Below, piece after piece: positions 8,442 to 14,756 of a DNA stretch of 64,000 bases. The notes under the pieces were generated by a model. The model saw only the letters and a list, made by a program, of their open reading frames with translations, was not told where the DNA came from and made no database searches. Each line of letters opens with the position of its first letter. Within the stretch, counting starts at the first letter, position 1. The position numbers and the translations under genes are program-made. This stretch comes from an uncultured Gammaproteobacteria bacterium (lineage in GTDB: Bacteria; Patescibacteriota; Microgenomatia; UBA1406; GWC2-37-13): positions 47,256-111,255 of the forward strand of contig CAYOZH010000001.1 of NCBI GenBank assembly GCA_964408415.1, read 5' to 3'.

Positions 8442-8675
8442 TTATGACAATTTTCTAACAACTTGAAAATGTTTTTCTTTTGATATTGGTCTTGTTTCAA
8501 CAATCTCAACTTTATCACCAACTTTTATATCTTTTTCTTCATTATGAGCCTTTAATTTTTTATGTCTGATAATCACTTTTTTATACTTTGGATGAACAAT
8601 TTTTCTCTCAATTTTTACAACCACAGTTTTCATCATTTTTGTTGAAACAACTTCACCAATAAATGTTTTTTTCAT
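8442..8675 (-). CDS. rpsQ: 30S ribosomal protein S17
   Basis: 77 aa with GEVVSTKMMKTVVVKIER...HPKYKK. Confidence 0.93.
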   Translation of the reverse strand: MKKTFIGEVVSTKMMKTVVVKIERKIVHPKYKKVIIRHKKLKAHNEEKDIKVGDKVEIVETRPISKEKHFQVVRKLS

Positions 8676-8676
8676 A

Positions 8677-8889
8677 TTATTTCTTTAAACTTTCTAACAA
8701 TTTTTTTTCTGACAAAACTGTTAATAAAACTGCTAATTGTTTTCTTTTTTTAATTAATAAATTAGTATCTTTTGGTGGATTTACCTTAAAAGATACTTTT
8801 AATTTAGCAATTTCTTGCGATAATAACTCTTTTTCTTTTTCAAGTTCTTTAATTGTTTTTTGTTTGTATTCTTTAACAATTTTTTTCAT
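8677..8889 (-). CDS. rpmC: 50S ribosomal protein L29
   Basis: 70-aa helical ORF between L16 and S17, overlapping the rplP stop. Confidence 0.85.
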   Translation of the reverse strand: MKKIVKEYKQKTIKELEKEKELLSQEIAKLKVSFKVNPPKDTNLLIKKRKQLAVLLTVLSEKKLLESLKK

Positions 8890-9296
8890 ATAGTTTTTTT
8901 AATAACTTTTGTTTTAACAGAAAGTTTAGAAGCAACCACTCTTAATACTTCTAAACTTTCTTTTTCTCCCAAACCATCAATTTCAAACAAAACTCTTCCA
9001 GGAACAACTGAAGCAACAAAATAAGCAACATCTCCTTTACCTGCACCCATTGTCACTTCTGGTGGTTTTTTAGTAAATGGTTTATCAGGAAAAATCCTTA
9101 TCCAAAACTTACCTACTTTTTTTGTTGCTCGAGCAAAAACTACTCTAGCTGCTTCAATCTCTTTATCTTTTATCCAACCAGCCTCAAGCGCTTTTAATCC
9201 ATATGAACCAAAATTAAGCTCATCGCCTTTTGTAGCAATTTTTCTCCAGATTCCTCGAAACTGTTTTCTGTGTTTTTGTCTTTTTGGTGCTAACAT
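8886..9296 (-). CDS. rplP: 50S ribosomal protein L16
   Basis: Starts MLAPKRQKHRKQFRG. The ATG at 9296 is preferred over the track's upstream start. Confidence 0.93.
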   Translation of the reverse strand: MLAPKRQKHRKQFRGIWRKIATKGDELNFGSYGLKALEAGWIKDKEIEAARVVFARATKKVGKFWIRIFPDKPFTKKPPEVTMGAGKGDVAYFVASVVPGRVLFEIDGLGEKESLEVLRVVASKLSVKTKVIKKTI

Positions 9297-9368
9297 ATTA
9301 TTAAAAATCAAAATTCAAAAGTCAAAAGTCAAAATTCAAATTTACCAGTTGGCGAACAAAAGTTAAAA
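9297..9368. repeat. palindrome family A, degenerate copy (core TTACCAGTTGGCGAA at 9342-9356) plus heptad array
   Basis: It fills the whole S3/L16 spacer with AAAATCA AAATTCA AAAGTCA AAAGTCA AAATTCA then the core. The reverse complement aligns with copy 1. Confidence 0.7.
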
Positions 9369-10007
9369 TTATCTACATATCCAAACTTTAACTCCAACAT
9401 AACCTGATTTGGTTAATGCTGGAAAATGAGCAAAATCAATATCTTCTCTTATAGTTGATGTTGGAATTGTACCTTGAAAATACTTTTCTCTTCGCGAAAT
9501 CTCTGCTCCAGCAATTCTTCCACCTAATTGAACTTTAACTCCTTTTGCTCCAGCTTCCATTACTTTATTCATCGCATTGTGAACAACTGATCGATGAGGA
9601 AAATTCCTCACTAATTTTTCAGCAATTGATTGAGCGACATAATAAGCATTTAAATATGGTTTTTTTACTTGTTCAATCTTAATATCAACTTTTAATTCTT
9701 TATTTTTATCATTTTTTTTCAAATATGGACTAATATATTTTTTTATCTCCTCCAATCCTTTACCTCCACGACCAATAATCATTCCTGGTTTAACAGAATA
9801 AATTATCAAAGTAATTTTATTAATTGCTCTTTCTATATCAATCTGTGTCACTGATGCATAAGCTAATTTTTTCATTAACAAATCTCTTATCATCACATCA
9901 GATATTAAACTTTCTCGATATAGTTTTTTATTTGAAAAAAACCATCGAGAATTCCAGTTATATATTATTCCCAATCTTAATCCTTTTGGATTAACTTTTT
10001 GTCCCAT
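9369..10007 (-). CDS. rpsC: 30S ribosomal protein S3
   Basis: 212 aa starting MGQKVNPKGLRLGI, with a KH domain (GMIIGRGGKG). Confidence 0.95.
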   Translation of the reverse strand: MGQKVNPKGLRLGIIYNWNSRWFFSNKKLYRESLISDVMIRDLLMKKLAYASVTQIDIERAINKITLIIYSVKPGMIIGRGGKGLEEIKKYISPYLKKNDKNKELKVDIKIEQVKKPYLNAYYVAQSIAEKLVRNFPHRSVVHNAMNKVMEAGAKGVKVQLGGRIAGAEISRREKYFQGTIPTSTIREDIDFAHFPALTKSGYVGVKVWICR

Positions 10008-10009
10008 TG

Positions 10010-10453
10010 TTATTTTTTTGTTTTTTTAACTTGTTTTTTTACAACTTTTAAATTTTTAACCTCATTTTTTTTATCAATATTTTTTTCTTCAACTTTAGTT
10101 TCAACTTTCTTAACCGGCATCTGTTGACCTTCTAAAACTATTTTAATATGACTTCTTTTTTTTAATATTGGTTTAGCTGTGCCTCTTGATCCAGCTCGAT
10201 ATCTTTTTAATCTTAATCCTTCCTCAATTGTTAAAACTTTAAATTTTAACAAATTTTCATCAATTTTTAAAGTTTGTTTAGCATTGTTAATTGCTGATTT
10301 TATTGCCTGATATAAGATTTTAGTCGCTTTTTGTTGACCATAAAATAATTTCTCCAATGCTTCAACAGGAGTTAATTTTTTTATATCTTTTAAATAAAAT
10401 CTCAATTTTTTTGGTGAAATAATAACGTTTTTTATATATGTTTTTGATTGCAT
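10010..10453 (-). CDS. rplV: 50S ribosomal protein L22 (Lys-rich C-terminal extension)
   Basis: 147 aa with an L22 core (ISPKKLRFYLKDI..., RAGSRGTAKPILKRSHI). It directly abuts the rplB stop with no rpsS between them. Confidence 0.9.
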   Translation of the reverse strand: MQSKTYIKNVIISPKKLRFYLKDIKKLTPVEALEKLFYGQQKATKILYQAIKSAINNAKQTLKIDENLLKFKVLTIEEGLRLKRYRAGSRGTAKPILKKRSHIKIVLEGQQMPVKKVETKVEEKNIDKKNEVKNLKVVKKQVKKTKK

Positions 10454-10455
10454 AG

Positions 10456-11235
10456 TTATTTTCTTCTTTTAACAATTAAATAATCTGTTCGATGATGTTT
10501 TTTTCTTGTTTTTTTACCTCGAGCCGGTTTTCCCCAAGGTGTTTTTGGGTGCATACCTTCACCACTTCTACCCTCTCCTCCACCGTGGGGGTGACTGCGA
10601 GGATTTTGAGCTGTACCCCTAACTGTTGGTCTAATTCCCATTAAGATTTTTCTTCCTGCCTTACCAATCTTTTCATCTTTTTTTTCAATATTACCTACTT
10701 GACCAATGGTTGCTCGACAATCATTTAAAAATCTTCTTACTTCTCCTGATGGTAATTTTATTTGAGTATATTTTTCCTCATGAGCAACCACTACTCCAGC
10801 AGCACCGGCGCTTCTTAAAAATTGACCGCCTTTTCCAGGATAAAGTTCAACGTTATGAACCATAACTCCAACAGGTATATTTTTAAGAAGCATACTGTTA
10901 CCAATTTTTACATCGGTCAAATCAGAGGAAATTATCTTATCACCAACTTTTAAACCATTTGGTTGTAAAATATATCTTAATTCTCCATCACTATACTTAA
11001 CTAAAGCTATAAAACAATTTCTATTAGGATCTTTTTCTATTCTTATTACTTCAGCCTCAATATCTTTTTTATCTCTTTTAAAATCAATAATTCGATAATA
11101 TCTTTTTTGTCTTCCACCTTGATGACGAACAGAAATTTGACCACTGTTGTCTCTGCCTGAATGTTTTTTTAAAATTTTTATTAATTTTTTTACTGGTTGA
11201 GCTTTTTTGTCTACTTGTGATTCATTGTTTTTCAT
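10456..11235 (-). CDS. rplB: 50S ribosomal protein L2
   Basis: GTAQNPRSHPHGGGEGRS signature. The start is taken at the ATG at 11235, after the rplW stop. Confidence 0.93.
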   Translation of the reverse strand: MKNNESQVDKKAQPVKKLIKILKKHSGRDNSGQISVRHQGGRQKRYYRIIDFKRDKKDIEAEVIRIEKDPNRNCFIALVKYSDGELRYILQPNGLKVGDKIISSDLTDVKIGNSMLLKNIPVGVMVHNVELYPGKGGQFLRSAGAAGVVVAHEEKYTQIKLPSGEVRRFLNDCRATIGQVGNIEKKDEKIGKAGRKILMGIRPTVRGTAQNPRSHPHGGGEGRSGEGMHPKTPWGKPARGKKTRKKHHRTDYLIVKRRK

Positions 11236-11239
11236 ATTT

Positions 11240-11527
11240 TTATGCTTGTGGGAATATATCAATCTTTCCCTCTTTTAACTTAATAAAAGCAATTTTTTTA
11301 TTAGCTATTTTTTTAGACATCATTCTTCTTCCTGTTCTTTTTATTTTTCCTTTTCTTATATGAGTTTTAATCTCTAATACTTTAACATTGAAAATTTTTT
11401 CTACCGCATTTTTTATCTGTGATTTATTAGCTTTTACATTAACTTCAAAACTATAAAAATTTTCTTTGGTTAAATTAGTTGTCTTTTCTGTCAAAATTGG
11501 TCTTAAAATAATATCTTTAATATTCAT
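11240..11527 (-). CDS. rplW: 50S ribosomal protein L23
   Basis: 95 aa with ILRPILTEKT...FEVNVKANKSQIKNAVEKIFNVKV. Confidence 0.93.
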   Translation of the reverse strand: MNIKDIILRPILTEKTTNLTKENFYSFEVNVKANKSQIKNAVEKIFNVKVLEIKTHIRKGKIKRTGRRMMSKKIANKKIAFIKLKEGKIDIFPQA

Positions 11528-11533
11528 AATTTT

Positions 11534-12247
11534 TTAATTAACTTTAAAATGATTTTTAATTTCTAAAACAGAACTTTTAAACAAGACTAACTTTTGACAA
11601 TTTAAAACTTTATAGGCATTAATTGATTTGGCATCAATAAAATCTGTTTTTTCGATATTTCTTGAAGCCCGGATAAATTTTTCTTCCATTTTTGGCAATA
11701 TGAAGAGGGTTTTTTTATCATTAAGATCAAGTTTTTTAAGAAGTTGATACACTGTTTTTGTTTTTAAATCTTCATTTAGAATTTTATCATCAAAAACTAA
11801 AACATTTTTATTTTTAAATTGAAGTGATAAGGCAGATAATATTGCTTGCTTATTTTGTTTTTTGTTAATTTTTAAACTATAGTCTTTTGGTTTTGGACCA
11901 CCAACAATTCCACCACCAACAAAAATTGGCGCTTTGATACTTCCGTGTCTTGCTCTACCAGTGCCTTTTTGACGATAAATTTTTCTGGTTGAACCAGCAA
12001 CTTCACCTCTAGTTTTAGTTGAAGCTGTTCCTTGTCTTTGATTAAATAAATAAACTCTGACCGCTTGAGCTAAAAGTTTTTCATTTATTTTAAAACCAAA
12101 AATCTCTTTTGGCAAATCTAAATCTTCTTTTTTTTCGCCACTAAGATCATAAACAGGCAAAATAAATTCTGACTGTTTTTTTTCAACAGTTTTTTGCTCT
12201 GTTATTTTATTTTTTTCTTCAGTAATAGTTTTTTTAGTTCTTGGCAT
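11534..12247 (-). CDS. rplD: 50S ribosomal protein L4 (N-terminal extension)
   Basis: 237 aa with the L4 loop KTRGEVAGSTRKIYRQKGTGRARHGS. Confidence 0.93.
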   Translation of the reverse strand: MPRTKKTITEEKNKITEQKTVEKKQSEFILPVYDLSGEKKEDLDLPKEIFGFKINEKLLAQAVRVYLFNQRQGTASTKTRGEVAGSTRKIYRQKGTGRARHGSIKAPIFVGGGIVGGPKPKDYSLKINKKQNKQAILSALSLQFKNKNVLVFDDKILNEDLKTKTVYQLLKKLDLNDKKTLFILPKMEEKFIRASRNIEKTDFIDAKSINAYKVLNCQKLVLFKSSVLEIKNHFKVN

Positions 12248-12259
12248 ATGTAAAAAACT

Positions 12260-12931
12260 TTAACTAACAATCTCGACTAATCCATTTTTTGCTCCAGGAA
12301 TTAAACCTTTAACAACTAATTGATTATCCTTGACATCAACTAATTCCAAACCTTTAACTGTTACTCTTTCTCCACCCATTCTTCCTGCCATTCTTTTTCC
12401 TTTAAAAACTCTTCCTGGAGTAGTTGTCATACCAATTGATCCTGGTGCTCTTTCATTATGAGATCGACCATGAGTTCGAGGACCACCTTTAAAATGATGT
12501 CTTTTTACCACTCCAGCAAATCCTTTACCTTTAGAAATACCAGAAACTTGCAAAATATCTCCTTTTTTAAAAATAAGTTCTGGTTTGATTTGATCGCCAA
12601 TAAAAAATTTAGCCTCACCAACGCTAATTCCTAATTTATTGTTTTCTTCAATCACTTTGTAAACATCTTTGTATTTATCAAGTCTAATTTCCTTTAAAAA
12701 ACGAAGCGGGGTTTTTATCCCCGCCTTTTCTAATTGTCCTTTAATTGGTTTTTTAATGTTTTTAATTTGACCAAATCCAAGTTTAACACTAAAATAACCA
12801 TCTTTTTCAAGAGTTTTTATATCAACAAGATAACATGAATTAACATCAATAAAAGTCACTGGAATTCTTTCACCTTTATCATTAAAAATTTGAGATTGTT
12901 TTTGTTTTGATCCTAAAATAATTCCTGACAT
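12260..12931 (-). CDS. rplC: 50S ribosomal protein L3
   Basis: Starts MSGIILGSKQ, with GKGFAGVVKRHHFKGGPRTHG. The ATG at 12931 is preferred because the track extension runs through a hairpin and T-run. Confidence 0.92.
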   Translation of the reverse strand: MSGIILGSKQKQSQIFNDKGERIPVTFIDVNSCYLVDIKTLEKDGYFSVKLGFGQIKNIKKPIKGQLEKAGIKTPLRFLKEIRLDKYKDVYKVIEENNKLGISVGEAKFFIGDQIKPELIFKKGDILQVSGISKGKGFAGVVKRHHFKGGPRTHGRSHNERAPGSIGMTTTPGRVFKGKRMAGRMGGERVTVKGLELVDVKDNQLVVKGLIPGAKNGLVEIVS

Positions 12932-12936
12932 AAGAC

Positions 12937-12962
12937 AAAAAAAATAGCCCCAGATTGGGGCT
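12937..12962 (-). terminator. terminator/attenuator-like hairpin plus U-run immediately upstream of the rplC start
   Basis: The minus strand reads AGCCCC-AATCT-GGGGCT followed by ATTTTTTTTG. The rplC ATG is 15 nt after the stem. Confidence 0.5.
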
Positions 12963-13029
12963 AAAATTTCCAATCCGGAAAATAATTAAATCTTTGCTCC
13001 CGAACAAAGCTTAATTTTCATTGTTTTAA

Positions 13030-13058
13030 ATTATACAATATTTATTAATTTTCGTCAA
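13030..13058 (-). promoter_or_regulatory. internal promoter between rpsJ and rplC
   Basis: The minus strand reads TTGACG-17 nt-TATAAT, starting 13 nt after the rpsJ stop. Confidence 0.5.
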
Positions 13059-13070
13059 ACAAAGAAAATA

Positions 13071-13379
13071 TTACATTTTAACTTCTACTTCAACACCTGC
13101 TGGTAATTCTAAATGCATTAATGAATCAATAGTCTGATTAGTTGGATTAACAATATCAATTAATCTTTTATGGGTTTTTAAACCAAAATGATCTCTGGCA
13201 TTTTTATCAGTAAATGTTGATTTGTTAACAACAAAAACTTCATTTTTTGTTGGTAATGGAATTGGACCAACAATTGATGCGCCTGTTCTAATAGCAGTAT
13301 CTACTAATTTTTGACAGGTTTCATCAATTAACCGATGATCGTAAGATTTAAGTCTGATTCTTATTCTTCCTTTCGGCAT
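13071..13379 (-). CDS. rpsJ: 30S ribosomal protein S10
   Basis: 102 aa with RIRLKSYDHRLIDE...THKRLIDI. Confidence 0.95.
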   Translation of the reverse strand: MPKGRIRIRLKSYDHRLIDETCQKLVDTAIRTGASIVGPIPLPTKNEVFVVNKSTFTDKNARDHFGLKTHKRLIDIVNPTNQTIDSLMHLELPAGVEVEVKM

Positions 13380-13398
13380 ATTAAAGTGCGAAAATGTT

Positions 13399-13420
13399 GG
13401 GGCGCCTAAAACGGCGCCCC
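13399..13420. repeat. GC-rich hairpin GGGGCGCC-TAAAAC-GGCGCCCC in the tuf/rpsJ spacer
   Basis: Perfect 8-bp GC stem. Its loop and inner stem (GCC-GTTTTA-GGC in the transcript sense) match the hairpin at 36246-36263. Confidence 0.8.
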
Positions 13421-13440
13421 AAAAAAATTTTAATTAAAAA

Positions 13441-14625
13441 TTACTTAATAATTTTTGTTACTACTCCAGCGCCAACAGTGTGACCACCTTCTCGAATAGC
13501 AAATTTTAATCCTTCCTCCATAGCTACTGGATAAATAAGTTTTGCTGTTACTTTAACATTATCTCCAGGCATCACCATTTCAACTCCGGCTGGTAATGTC
13601 ATCTCACCGGTAATATCAGTGGTTTTAATATAAAATTGTGGTCTGTAACCATTAAAAAATGGAGTATGACGACCACCTTCTTCTTTTGTTAATACATAAA
13701 CTTCAGCCTCAAATTCAGTGTGAGGTGTAATTGAGCCTGGTTTAGCCACTACTTGACCTCGAATAACATCGGTCTTTTCAATACCTCGAAGCAAAAGACC
13801 AACATTATCACCAGCTCTTGCTTCATCTAAACTTTTTCTAAACATCTCAATTCCAGTAACAACAGTTTTTTTAGTTTCTTTTACTCCAACTATTTCAACT
13901 TCTTCATTAAGCTTAATTGTTCCTCTTTCAACTCTTCCAGTAACAACAGTTCCTCGACCAGAAATGGTAAAAACATCCTCAATTGGCATTAAGAATGGTT
14001 GGTCAACTGGTCTGACTGGTTCTGGAACATATTCATCAACTGCATTCATTAAATCTTCAATTGCTTTTACTGCTTCTGGATCATCTTGTAAGGCCTTTAA
14101 AGCGCTTCCACGAATCACCGGAACTTTGTCTCCAGGAAATTTATATTTAGTTAAAAGATCTCTTACTTCCATCTCAACTAAATCTAAGATCTCTTTATCT
14201 TGAACCATATCAACTTTATTTAAGAAAACAACAATTGCTGGTACATTAACTTGACGAGCTAAAAGAATATGTTCTCTTGTTTGAGGCATTGGTCCATCTG
14301 GAGCAGAAACAACTAAAATAGCTCCATCCATTTGAGCCGCGCCAGTAATCATATTTTTAATATAATCAGCATGACCTGGAGCATCAATGTGAGCATAATG
14401 ACGTTTATCAGTCTCATATTCGCTGTGATGAAGATTAATTGTCACTCCACGAGCTCTTTCTTCTGGAGCTTTGTCAATCTCTTCATATTTTAAGAATTTT
14501 GCTTTTCCTTTTTTTGATAATACATAATGGATCGCGGAAGTTAAAGTAGTTTTTCCGTGATCAACATGACCAATAGTACCGATATTAAGATGTGGTTTAG
14601 TTCTTTGAAATACACCTTCTGCCAT
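13441..14625 (-). CDS. tuf: elongation factor Tu
   Basis: G1-G4 motifs are present ([21 protein letters not shown]). The start is taken at [12 protein letters not shown] (ATG 14625); the track's upstream extension is hydrophobic junk. Confidence 0.95.
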   Translation of the reverse strand: MAEGVFQRTKPHLNIGTIGHVDHGKTTLTSAIHYVLSKKGKAKFLKYEEIDKAPEERARGVTINLHHSEYETDKRHYAHIDAPGHADYIKNMITGAAQMDGAILVVSAPDGPMPQTREHILLARQVNVPAIVVFLNKVDMVQDKEILDLVEMEVRDLLTKYKFPGDKVPVIRGSALKALQDDPEAVKAIEDLMNAVDEYVPEPVRPVDQPFLMPIEDVFTISGRGTVVTGRVERGTIKLNEEVEIVGVKETKKTVVTGIEMFRKSLDEARAGDNVGLLLRGIEKTDVIRGQVVAKPGSITPHTEFEAEVYVLTKEEGGRHTPFFNGYRPQFYIKTTDITGEMTLPAGVEMVMPGDNVKVTAKLIYPVAMEEGLKFAIREGGHTVGAGVVTKIIK

Positions 14626-14698
14626 AATATTTATAAAATAAATTAATAACAATAAAAAGAAAGCCTTATAAAGAAGGCTCACTTCTTTTAATGCATTA

Positions 14699-14727
14699 AT
14701 AATAAAACTTTATTATCAAAAAGTCAA
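14699..14727 (-). promoter_or_regulatory. candidate tuf promoter
   Basis: The minus strand reads TTGACT-17 nt-TATTAT in the divergent spacer with the helicase gene. Confidence 0.45.
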
Positions 14728-14744
14728 GGTCAATTTAATTATGA

Positions 14745-14750
14745 TACAAT
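14745..14750 (+). promoter_or_regulatory. -10 box (TACAAT) 6 nt upstream of the helicase-nuclease ATG (leaderless candidate)
   Basis: TACAAT-TATCTC-ATG with no SD. Confidence 0.4.
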
Positions 14751-14756
14751 TATCTC

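Noticed and set aside
12706-12724. GC-rich hairpin GCGGGG-TTTTTAT-CCCCGC inside rplC
   Set aside because: It encodes AGIKTPL within the normally conserved KAG...P.R segment of L3, with no obvious length excess. I therefore cannot call it a repeat insertion.
12932-12973. N-terminal extensions in the ORF track. Examples are rplC here, tuf to 14682, efp to 35641, rpsH to 6727, rplB to 11262, rplP to 9311, rfbB from 25046, cca from 43338, infB from 55410 and the GT2 from 17687
   Set aside because: The extensions start at non-ATG codons or run through hairpins, -10 boxes or neighbouring genes. The conserved protein N-termini begin at the internal ATGs used in the feature list.
13964-14203. Antisense ORFs inside conserved genes: this one in tuf, plus 5975-6187, 8663-8893, 15211-15393, 17496-17729, 30948-31232, 31520-31741, 36001-36183, 38348-38620, 42125-42310, 54858-55091, 56327-56515, 59121-59303, 59189-59386, 59872-60054, 61967-62164, 62560-62766 and 62889-63122
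   Set aside because: Each lies within or opposite a well-supported CDS, lacks family features, and has the biased composition expected of off-frame or antisense reading in AT-rich DNA.
14662-14679. Hairpin AGCCTT-ATAAAG-AAGGCT plus T-run in the tuf 5' UTR
   Set aside because: It has only a 6-bp, half-AT stem. It is too weak to call an attenuator without expression data.
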